Virus record (IMG/VR): IMGVR_UViG_3300017917_004503
Span: 64,001-128,000 of that record
Reading direction: 5' to 3' (one strand)
From: a virus
DNA length: 64,000 nucleotides
The notes beneath the pieces were generated by a model, which searched no databases, was not told the origin of the DNA, and saw only the letters and a program-made list of their open reading frames with translations. A program made the position numbers and the translations under genes. Of the stretch, positions 1 to 8,000 are shown piece by piece. Numbering within the stretch: the stretch's first letter is position 1; each line of letters starts with the position of its first letter.

Positions 1-367
1 TAAATACGCCATAGAAAATGATATTGCAGAACTGTTTTATGGACCTTGGATGATATTTTGGTCTAATAGCGAATGGGTAAAAGTTGAATTCGATCAGATC
101 GAAGACGATGATGAGGATGATTCTTTTTCCGATATAAACACAGAAATTGATCTTCTTCTAGATTCAACACTGGAAGTCATATATTCACCGCAAAGAATCA
201 TGGTTTCTGGCAATTCGCCTCACCTAGAAGTTACTCAGGAGAATTCAGATACTGTTCAGCTGGAAAATATGTTAAAAAAAGCTTTAGCCTCTGAAAACTA
301 TGAGGTAGCAAATAAAATAAAAGAAATCTTAGATCTCCAGAATATTGGTGGATCTAAAGATAAATAG
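1..367 (+). CDS. 5'-truncated protein with C-terminal UvrB/UvrC (UVR) motif
   Basis: Frame is open from position 2 (KYAIENDIAELFYGPW then M at 50), so the gene probably starts before the window. C-terminal QLENMLKKALASENYEVANKIKEIL matches the UVR helical hairpin motif. Confidence 0.65.
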   Translation, partial: KYAIENDIAELFYGPWMIFWSNSEWVKVEFDQIEDDDEDDSFSDINTEIDLLLDSTLEVIYSPQRIMVSGNSPHLEVTQENSDTVQLENMLKKALASENYEVANKIKEILDLQNIGGSKDK

Positions 368-371
368 CTAG

Positions 372-848
372 ATGAAACATATCAAAAGCATTTATGAGTT
401 CGATACCGCATTTGGTGATACCTATGGGTATGGTGGGGCTAACGGAATTTTAAAAATCAACTATAAACCTTTTTCAGATCTTTCAGTTTCTGTTGGACAG
501 GATCCCAATGTTGAAACTACCGTAAAAGGTTCCGAATTTCAGATTGGAGATGTTGTTGTAGCCCAACCTTTGCATTCGAAGAAAAAACTTACCGGCATTA
601 TAGTTAGAGCATTTAGAGACCCTGATAACAGGGAATATAGATACTTTATCCAAGTTTACAATGTTGGAAAAAAAACAGAAAAGGTGATAGAGGTTAAAAG
701 TGACTCCATAAAGTTTGCCGAAGGTGGTGATCACGGCCACATTGAGAAAGTCTCTAAATATAAGAATAACACCGTACCTGATAGTGCATATAATTCTAAA
801 ACTGTTTACAATGCTTCCGAATTAGGTCTAGAAACGACCGGTGGGTAA
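372..848 (+). CDS. Hypothetical protein, putative internal head protein with possible SH3/KOW-like central region
   Basis: 158-aa ORF; N-terminus MKHIKSIYEF resembles the capsid-targeting leader of other ORFs here; FQIGDVV...TGIIV...YFIQV looks like an SH3/KOW barrel. Confidence 0.5.
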   Translation: MKHIKSIYEFDTAFGDTYGYGGANGILKINYKPFSDLSVSVGQDPNVETTVKGSEFQIGDVVVAQPLHSKKKLTGIIVRAFRDPDNREYRYFIQVYNVGKKTEKVIEVKSDSIKFAEGGDHGHIEKVSKYKNNTVPDSAYNSKTVYNASELGLETTGG

Positions 849-851
849 ACA

Positions 852-880
852 GAAACTTAAAATAAACTTCCATGTATAAT
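852..880 (+). promoter_or_regulatory. Putative early/middle promoter GAAAC-N18-TATAAT
   Basis: GAAAC 852-856 and TATAAT 875-880; the same geometry recurs at 14681, 19947 and 42268. Confidence 0.55.
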
Positions 881-893
881 ATAGAAAATTTCA

Positions 894-1790
894 ATGTTAT
901 TCGGAAGTAATCCACCACAACTAACTTATATAGGACCGCATAGTGAAGATTCTTCTTGCACCAGAAATATTAATTCATATAGCGATTTACTAAAATTGGT
1001 TTACAATAATCTTTTGTTAAACCAAGAAATAGACATTGTAAACACCTGTATAGATTTTTCACTACTAACTTTTACCCAAAATTTTTTTGATGAATTTATT
1101 GATGAAGAGTCAGAAAATACGTCTCTAATTATTGATCAAATAAATTCACATGTTGCTAAAAATGGATCCAAAATATTCTTTTATTTACCTAAGGATCATT
1201 TTCTTGGAACACAGTTAGACACTGTTGAAAAAACTACAACTTCTCTTATAATAAAATTATCGGAGATACTGGAAACTATAGGAGTGAATTACCCTTCTAT
1301 TTTAATTAGAATAGGATCTGCTTATGGAAACAGAAAAAATACCATGAGTGTTTTTTGTGAAAGAGCTAATCTTTTAGGTAAATCTACACTATCTAGATTG
1401 TGTGTAATGAATGACGATAAACCTAGTTTATTTTCAGTAACAGATTTACTTTCTGGCGTTCACTATAAAACCGGGATTCCTATTTGTTTTAGGATACTAC
1501 CGCACCAATTTAATGATGGTGGGCTATCTATCAGAGAAGCAATGTTTCTTTCATGTTCTACGTGGAAATCTGAACATAAGCCTGTTTATATCCATTCCGA
1601 ATCCGTCTCTGTTGATGATTTTGGGTTTCCTACCGATCCCAAATGCTCAGATTATCTCAAACACAGAATACCTACTTTTGGCCTAGATCTCGATGTTATT
1701 GTAGATTCACCAGCTAAAGAAGATTCTTGTTTAAAATATAGAATGGATTGTAAATCACTTCCTCCTATAGTTATTAGCAAAAAACCATAA
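894..1790 (+). CDS. UV-damage endonuclease (UvsE/UvdE)-like protein, catalytically degenerate
   Basis: Motif order matches UvsE (IRIGSAYG, RLCVMNDDKPSLFSVTDL, IPICF, STW, HSES, SDY, LDVIVDSPAKE) but the metal-binding His/Glu/Asp residues are substituted. Confidence 0.75.
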   Translation: MLFGSNPPQLTYIGPHSEDSSCTRNINSYSDLLKLVYNNLLLNQEIDIVNTCIDFSLLTFTQNFFDEFIDEESENTSLIIDQINSHVAKNGSKIFFYLPKDHFLGTQLDTVEKTTTSLIIKLSEILETIGVNYPSILIRIGSAYGNRKNTMSVFCERANLLGKSTLSRLCVMNDDKPSLFSVTDLLSGVHYKTGIPICFRILPHQFNDGGLSIREAMFLSCSTWKSEHKPVYIHSESVSVDDFGFPTDPKCSDYLKHRIPTFGLDLDVIVDSPAKEDSCLKYRMDCKSLPPIVISKKP

Positions 1791-1810
1791 TTTATCTCGA
1801 ATAAAGTATT

Positions 1811-1818
1811 TATATTTG
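1811..1818 (+). promoter_or_regulatory. Bacteroidota-type -7 promoter element TAnnTTTG
   Basis: TATATTTG ends 9 nt before the ATG at 1828; an identical element is at 14667-14674. Confidence 0.45.
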
Positions 1819-1827
1819 TGAAAAATT

Positions 1828-2535
1828 ATGTTTACTAAAGATCTAATAAAAAAGTTTCTATATTTTGATGTGGAAACTGCTGGAATGTATCCAGATTTGG
1901 CTTCTCTTCACGATCAAGATCATCGGAGGTGGGAGCTTTGGCTTAAAAGAGAAAAATATTACAGAGGTTCTTATCCTGAATTAAGTGATGCTGACTCGGA
2001 AGAGATCTATAAGCAGAAGGCAGGACTGGAACCGGAATTCTCAAGAGTTGTATGTGTTTCGTTTGGGTCTTTTACCGAAGATGGTGAAATGAGATTCGCT
2101 TCCTTTTATGGACCAGATGAGAATGATAACCTTCAAAAAGCAGCCAAGGTTTTAAATAATGCAGCAGTCAAGGGGTGGAAATTATGTGGTCATAACATAA
2201 AAGGATTTGATGTTCCTTGCCTGGGTAAAAGGATGATTTATAATAATATAAACCCACCAATTAATATCAGAATCTGGGATAAAAAACCTTGGGAACTTCC
2301 TTATATAGATACGTCTGAGGTTTTTTCTTTTGGAAGCTGGGTTCAACAAAAATATCTGAGTTTGGATCTCCTCTCTTGCTCTTTGGGAATAGAATCTCCA
2401 AAAGAACTTATGGACGGGTCGATGGTTCATGCTAGATTTTGGTCAGATGTTGATTTAGAAACAGTTAAGAACTACTGCGAACTTGATGTTAAAACAGTTA
2501 TGCAAGTAATGGATAAGATCTGCTTTGAAAATTAA
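1828..2535 (+). CDS. DEDD-family 3'-5' exonuclease (PolB-exonuclease-like)
   Basis: ExoI FDVET, ExoII GHNIKGFDVP, ExoIII YCELDV. Confidence 0.85.
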   Translation: MFTKDLIKKFLYFDVETAGMYPDLASLHDQDHRRWELWLKREKYYRGSYPELSDADSEEIYKQKAGLEPEFSRVVCVSFGSFTEDGEMRFASFYGPDENDNLQKAAKVLNNAAVKGWKLCGHNIKGFDVPCLGKRMIYNNINPPINIRIWDKKPWELPYIDTSEVFSFGSWVQQKYLSLDLLSCSLGIESPKELMDGSMVHARFWSDVDLETVKNYCELDVKTVMQVMDKICFEN

Positions 2536-2559
2536 CTAGAAACAAAATACGTCATAGAT

Positions 2560-2599
2560 AAAAGCTTTTTCTTGATATATAAGAGAAAAAGCTTTTTTT
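2560..2599 (+). terminator. 13-bp inverted repeat with T-tract; the loop contains the GATATATA late-promoter motif
   Basis: AAAAGCTTTTTCT (2560-2572) pairs with AGAAAAAGCTTTT (2584-2596); loop TGATATATAAG; followed by Ts. Confidence 0.5.
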
Positions 2600-3409
2600 G
2601 TGGGCAAAGTTTTACCTTATTCAATCTTCCGTTCATCTGAGAGAATTTTTGAAAAAAAAATTAGCAGCTTCTATAACGATCAGCTAAATCCTGTTTTTTG
2701 GTCTAAGAAAGAATCTAAGAATGGAGAAATAGAGTGGATCTTTGATGAGAGAATAAGGAAAAAGCTGTTGAGAATATCGTATGACTTCTTCAAAGAGTTT
2801 GAAGAAATTCTTAAAAAGAAGGATATTATAGACATTCAACTTTCAGGATCTCTAGCAAATTATAACTACACTAATCTATCAGATATTGATGTGCAGATAA
2901 TCGTTAGCACTAAAAACGTATCTGACGATTCTCCTGAAGTTGTTAAAGAAGCCTTAAATGGTATAAGATTTAAGTGGAATCTATCACATGACATTTCTAT
3001 AAGGGGTTACGATTTAGAAATGTATATACAAGAACCTGAAACCCCACATTTAGGATCAGGACTCTTCTCACTTCTCAATAATAAATGGATAAAAAATCCT
3101 CCGATTAATCCTCCGGAAGTAGATGAACTAGATGTTGAACAAAAGTATCAATCTATAGCTTACGAAGTTGACCAGCTTGAATCCAGATTGGTTTCTTTGT
3201 CTTCCGTTCCTAATAATGCAAAAGCTCTTTACAATAGAGCTAATATGCTAAAGAAAAGAATCACAAAGATGAGGAAAGAAGGATTATCTAAAAACGGAGA
3301 GTTTTCTGTTGGTAATCTAACCTATAAAAAGCTAAGGAATGAAGGATATATAGAAAAATTAATTCATTTGATTTCCAAATCATATGATAAGATCTACACA
3401 GAAAAATAA
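2600..3409 (+). CDS. Pol-beta superfamily nucleotidyltransferase
   Basis: GSLANYNYTNLSDIDV gives the GS...DxD signature; third acidic residue in YDLEMY; GTG start. Confidence 0.75.
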   Translation: MGKVLPYSIFRSSERIFEKKISSFYNDQLNPVFWSKKESKNGEIEWIFDERIRKKLLRISYDFFKEFEEILKKKDIIDIQLSGSLANYNYTNLSDIDVQIIVSTKNVSDDSPEVVKEALNGIRFKWNLSHDISIRGYDLEMYIQEPETPHLGSGLFSLLNNKWIKNPPINPPEVDELDVEQKYQSIAYEVDQLESRLVSLSSVPNNAKALYNRANMLKKRITKMRKEGLSKNGEFSVGNLTYKKLRNEGYIEKLIHLISKSYDKIYTEK

Positions 3410-3415
3410 TCTATC

Positions 3416-5956
3416 ATGATAATATTTTTAGGAAAAAATTCAGTTTATAAAATCAACGACGATTTCCCTATTTTCAGAATACCTGTTGAAATGGAAGGTG
3501 CCGTTACCCAATCTTTATCGGATTTTCAATGGTGGGCATATTCTTCAGATTTTGAGAAGTGGCTGAAAGAAAATCCTAGAGAGTGGACAGCAGATTCGGA
3601 GGACATGAGCAAATATGGATCTCCACTAGACTTCATAAAAGAAAGTCTTAGATCCGAATTTATTTCTAATGATATAAAAGAGGGAGTTTTAGGTTTTGAT
3701 GATTATCACAATGATCTTTTACTTGAGCAAGATGAACAGAACGATGCCGGTCAGGCCATAAAATTTCATTATGCTTATAATAAATTATTAAGCGAGAATA
3801 AAATAGAAAAAGAATTTATTGTAGCTAATCAGAAACAGGGTGTAGAGAGAGCCGTATTTTTAACTCTCGATGATCCTGAAACCAAATCAGAGGTTTTTGA
3901 AACATTAACTGCTTATAAATTAACAGCCTTGCCAGTTTCTAGTAATTCTAAAATGGCTTTGTTTAAACTTTCTGAAACCTTACCAGGTGGACCTGTTCCT
4001 GACGATGAGACTAACGATGGATTGTTAAAAAGAGCTGCAGAAACAACATTTAAAGTAGCAGCTATTTCTGGTATAGGATTGGGAATTTATCAGATATTAT
4101 CTGTTGCTGGTAGTGTTTTTGTCGCTAGAAGAGCATATAAATATTTAGATAAGCTTTTGCCTTCTTCTAGAGTTACTCAACAAACTCAGCAAGCCTCTAA
4201 TGCTATCAGCTGGCTAACTAAGAGTAAAAACGCTGCTAAAGGATTCATAGGAAAAAGACTCAATCCTTTAAGATATGGTAAAGGAGTAAAACAAGCTGGT
4301 CAATTCTGGAAGGGTGTTGGCAAATCTTTGGAGAGAGGAGCTAGTGGTGCATATAAGACTGTAACTAAAGGTAAAGGTGGTGCAAGTGCTGCTGTAAAAG
4401 CTTTCGGTAAGGGAGCAGGGAGAGGTCTTTCAAAATTGACTGCAAAGGGAGCTGTTGATTGGATCCCTGTAATAGGATGGACACTAGCTGCAATTGATGT
4501 TGTTGGTTCTACTTGGAATTGGTTTAGTGACAAACAAGCTCCTAGATTTTCTGAAGTTGAATCTTTTGCAAAAGATCAGTTCTCTCCTAAATCTATTCCG
4601 ATTGGGATACCTATAACAATCTGCTGGTCTCAAGAAGCAGGTGGAGCCTGGGGTACTATAGTAAACTTTATTGCAAATAACGATACCAGAACAACAATGG
4701 AATTGGTAAAGGTGTCGGATATCAACGGAAAATCTATTTTCATCGTTACTCAAATAAATTCAAAAGAACTTGGTAAACAACTAGCTGAGCATGAATTGAC
4801 TCTTATTTCATTTGACAGTTCTGCTAATGTTAAAACCGGAGTACTTGATAATGACGATCTTGATTTTGAAATGGTTGCTATAGATGGTTTAAATAAAATA
4901 GCAAGTGTTTATAATTTTAAAGGCGTTTGTGACTGGACAGAAACGTACACTACATACGAGGCTTCATCAACCCAACTTTTCATAGCTGATCCAGGTGCTC
5001 CTAAGAAATATGAGTTTTATTTTGAAGATTCAGAAGGTGAGGTTATAAATGTTTCGGGAGATTTAATAGACGATGACCAATTGGAGAAATTATCTGATTC
5101 GGATTTGTTAAAACACTTCGGTACAACAGCATCCGCTCAAAACGAAAGCGAAACCGTATCATGGAACAGAGACATACTTGAATCTGAAAAGATTCTAAAT
5201 TTCGAAAACTTTGTTTCATCCACATCTCTAGTTAAGGAGGAAGATGAAGCTGCTAAAGATTCTGATGTTGATTATGATTTAAAGCCTTCACAAAAAACTG
5301 CACCGGTTAAGGTTGCAATTTATAAAGTAACAGAGAGAGAATATGCTAATCCTGAACTAAGAGGAAAGTATGAAACTGGGGATTTCCAAAGTTTTGTTGT
5401 TGATCAAGAATATTGGGATGCAAGTGAAGGTAGTAAAATTGAAGTTGAAATAAATACCCCAGAAATACTAGAAGATACAATTAGAGGTATTTATACGTAT
5501 AAATCTGAGGGAAAGAGAAAAGAAGTTAAAGACGAAGAACCTACTGAGGTGAAGACCGCCACCAAGAAAGAGGGAGCAGAAAGAGATGATGATAGTGAAA
5601 AGGGTAAGAAGTTACCTGATGATTATTACATCGTTGCAAACCCAGATGATATATCAATTAAACAAAGAGAAAGATCTACAACCATAAGAGATACTAATTA
5701 TAGTGGTGGATTGAATCTTTTTGATAAGTTCCTAACTCCTAGACAAAAAGAAATATTGGGAGTCGATAAATGGAAGACGATAACATTTGCAAAAGAATTT
5801 TATGATAAAAGAGGTGATATTATAGAGGTTAAGCTCAAGAATAAATATGCTCCTTTTGGAGAGAAGAGTAGAAAGTATAGAGTTACTGATGGTGAATCTT
5901 TTGAAATAGCTAAAAAGTTCGTTGAAGAGACCAAAGACAGAATTAAATATGAATAA
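3416..5956 (+). CDS. Large hypothetical protein, putative head-packaged/ejected membrane-interacting protein
   Basis: 846 aa; two hydrophobic segments flanking a Gly/Ala/Lys-rich stretch; internal leader-like motifs; GATATATA at 3345-3352 upstream. Confidence 0.5.
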   Translation: MIIFLGKNSVYKINDDFPIFRIPVEMEGAVTQSLSDFQWWAYSSDFEKWLKENPREWTADSEDMSKYGSPLDFIKESLRSEFISNDIKEGVLGFDDYHNDLLLEQDEQNDAGQAIKFHYAYNKLLSENKIEKEFIVANQKQGVERAVFLTLDDPETKSEVFETLTAYKLTALPVSSNSKMALFKLSETLPGGPVPDDETNDGLLKRAAETTFKVAAISGIGLGIYQILSVAGSVFVARRAYKYLDKLLPSSRVTQQTQQASNAISWLTKSKNAAKGFIGKRLNPLRYGKGVKQAGQFWKGVGKSLERGASGAYKTVTKGKGGASAAVKAFGKGAGRGLSKLTAKGAVDWIPVIGWTLAAIDVVGSTWNWFSDKQAPRFSEVESFAKDQFSPKSIPIGIPITICWSQEAGGAWGTIVNFIANNDTRTTMELVKVSDINGKSIFIVTQINSKELGKQLAEHELTLISFDSSANVKTGVLDNDDLDFEMVAIDGLNKIASVYNFKGVCDWTETYTTYEASSTQLFIADPGAPKKYEFYFEDSEGEVINVSGDLIDDDQLEKLSDSDLLKHFGTTASAQNESETVSWNRDILESEKILNFENFVSSTSLVKEEDEAAKDSDVDYDLKPSQKTAPVKVAIYKVTEREYANPELRGKYETGDFQSFVVDQEYWDASEGSKIEVEINTPEILEDTIRGIYTYKSEGKRKEVKDEEPTEVKTATKKEGAERDDDSEKGKKLPDDYYIVANPDDISIKQRERSTTIRDTNYSGGLNLFDKFLTPRQKEILGVDKWKTITFAKEFYDKRGDIIEVKLKNKYAPFGEKSRKYRVTDGESFEIAKKFVEETKDRIKYE

Positions 5957-5979
5957 TCAAAAAAATTCAAATTTTAATT

Positions 5980-5987
5980 GATATATA
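5980..5987 (+). promoter_or_regulatory. Putative late promoter GATATATA
   Basis: Same 8-mer lies upstream of many structural genes (2574, 3345, 5980, 9813, 16722, 18584, 30909, 34400, 43281, 50072); resembles the T4 late promoter TATAAATA. Confidence 0.7.
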
Positions 5988-6012
5988 AGAAATAATAAAA
6001 AGTAGTATAAAA

Positions 6013-7977
6013 ATGTCACAACTACAATCGTTAAAAGAAGATCTCGTTTTGAATGTTTTCATTCTTGAAAAACAAAATTCAATTCTAGAGTCTAAGAAAT
6101 CTGAATCTGATGACTATGTCCTAGAGGGTATAGCTGCTGTGTTCGGTCAAGAGAACAACAACAATAGGATTTACGAAGAGAAAGAATATCTTCCACACCT
6201 TGAGTACTTAAAAGAAAAAATCTCTCAAAACAGATTGGTTGGAGAATTAGATCATCCTGAAAAGTTCGATGTATCTCTTAAGAATATCTCTCACATTATC
6301 ACAGACCTTAATCATGATAAGGATGGTAGAGTCCTTAAAATCAAAGTAAAACTTCTTGATACCCCAGCTGGTAATATAGCAAAAAATTTAGTTGAAGCAG
6401 GAGTTCCACTTTCAATTTCGTCGAGAGCAGCAGGATCAGTAGGCCCTGATAAAAAGGTTCAGATTAAAAAAATCTTTACTTATGATCTAGTAGCCGATCC
6501 TGGATTCAAAGATGCACAACTTGAAAGAGTATATGAAAGCCAAGGATTTACCCCACAAATAGAAGAAATGAAAAAAAATAGCATTTTAAATCATTTAGAA
6601 TGTGTGAATGAGTCTTTAGGTCTAGAAAATGAATCATCGTTAAAGATATATAAAGTCGAAAACGATCAGGAGTTTGAAAAAATCGTAAATAAATCAGACA
6701 ATAAAAATAAATCAGTCCTTATGGAGAATAATGAGTTTGTTACTGAACAGGAGCTTAATAAGTATTCTATTTTCATTAAAAAAGAAATGGATGCTTTAAG
6801 ATCCGCTATCGCAGAGGTTAAAGATCAGAAAGTAACCTTAACAGAATCCGAAGAAGCTAACAAAATGAATAAAGCTCTCGAGGAAAGAGTTGCTAAATTA
6901 GAAAAATATTCAGAGTATTTAGCAGAGAACCTTGAAAGTGCAATTAAGTATGGCGAATATCTAGCTGAAAATTTAGATAATTCTATCAACTATAGTAAAT
7001 ATCTAGCTGAAAATTTAGATAAGAACATTTCTTACTCTAAGTATTTAGCTGAAAATGTTGATAAGTCTATTTCTTATTCAGAATACGTAGCAGAAAGCGT
7101 AGATAGAAACATTGAATATTCTAAATACTTGGCTGAAAAGTTAGATCAGAATATCCAATACTCTGAGTACCTTGCAGAAAACGTTGATCACTCTATTAAC
7201 TATTCTGAATATCTAGCAGAAAACTTAGATAAGGGTATTGCTTATACTGAGTATGTGGCTGAAAAATTAAATGACGGTATTGAATATACAGAATATCTTG
7301 CAGAAAATCTTAATAAAGGAATTCAATATTCTGATTATTTAGCAGAGAATATTAACAAAAGCGTAGACTTTACTGAAAATCTTTCAGAAAAGCTTAATAA
7401 ATCAATATCATATGCTGAGTATATTGCTGAGTCAATTTCTACTAAATTGCCAGCTGACCCTAGCGTAATTTTAAAAGAAAGTGTAAATACATCTGCTGCT
7501 GCAGGCCTAAATGAATCCGGATTTGCTGGTAATTATGAAGGTCTAACATCTCAGATAGATTCACTAATCGAATCGGTTAAAACACAAAAAACCGAGACTA
7601 ATATAAACGAAGCTGCTAAAATGGCAGCACCAGCCGAAACCCAGAAGGCAGAAGAGGTTCTCAATGAAACAGAGAACACCAACAAAACAGGAATTAAATT
7701 TATTGATGATATGCCTGAAGAATACGTTCAGGTTTGGGAATCACTTAATGAAGGACACAAGCAATCAATTATTGCTCAATCTAACTTCTATAAATTGAAC
7801 ACTCCTTACCAGATTAAAAATTTCTGGCAAACACGTCAGTTAGGATCTAAACCTGTTGGTGTACAAAAACTCAACGAGAATGAAAACGTTGCTGAAACCG
7901 CAAAAAATCAAGCTTATAGTACAGATTACATGAATTATATAGCTAGTGCGTTAGAGCAAAAGTTTGGAAAAAGATAA
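6013..7977 (+). CDS. Prohead protease (T4 gp21-like) fused to a scaffolding domain
   Basis: LEGI, NNNRIY, GELDHP, LLDTPAG, SISSRAAGSV and TYDLVADPGF are gp21/S77 protease motifs; C-terminal coiled-coil repeats; directly upstream of the capsid gene. Confidence 0.9.
   Translation: MSQLQSLKEDLVLNVFILEKQNSILESKKSESDDYVLEGIAAVFGQENNNNRIYEEKEYLPHLEYLKEKISQNRLVGELDHPEKFDVSLKNISHIITDLNHDKDGRVLKIKVKLLDTPAGNIAKNLVEAGVPLSISSRAAGSVGPDKKVQIKKIFTYDLVADPGFKDAQLERVYESQGFTPQIEEMKKNSILNHLECVNESLGLENESSLKIYKVENDQEFEKIVNKSDNKNKSVLMENNEFVTEQELNKYSIFIKKEMDALRSAIAEVKDQKVTLTESEEANKMNKALEERVAKLEKYSEYLAENLESAIKYGEYLAENLDNSINYSKYLAENLDKNISYSKYLAENVDKSISYSEYVAESVDRNIEYSKYLAEKLDQNIQYSEYLAENVDHSINYSEYLAENLDKGIAYTEYVAEKLNDGIEYTEYLAENLNKGIQYSDYLAENINKSVDFTENLSEKLNKSISYAEYIAESISTKLPADPSVILKESVNTSAAAGLNESGFAGNYEGLTSQIDSLIESVKTQKTETNINEAAKMAAPAETQKAEEVLNETENTNKTGIKFIDDMPEEYVQVWESLNEGHKQSIIAQSNFYKLNTPYQIKNFWQTRQLGSKPVGVQKLNENENVAETAKNQAYSTDYMNYIASALEQKFGKR
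6898..7443 (+). repeat. 13 x 14-aa (42-bp) tandem repeat, consensus SIxYSEYLAENLDK
   Basis: Read directly from the translation, LEKYSEYLAENLES through SISYAEYIAESIST. Confidence 0.9.
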
Positions 7978-8000
7978 AACAAAAAAAATAACCACAAATC

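Noticed and set aside
894-1790. Calling the UvsE-like gene a pseudogene
   Set aside because: The ORF is uninterrupted, near full length and has a promoter; changes concentrate on catalytic residues.
6898-7443. 42-bp repeats as a CRISPR array or origin iterons
   Set aside because: Conserved at protein level only; part of the scaffold coiled coil.
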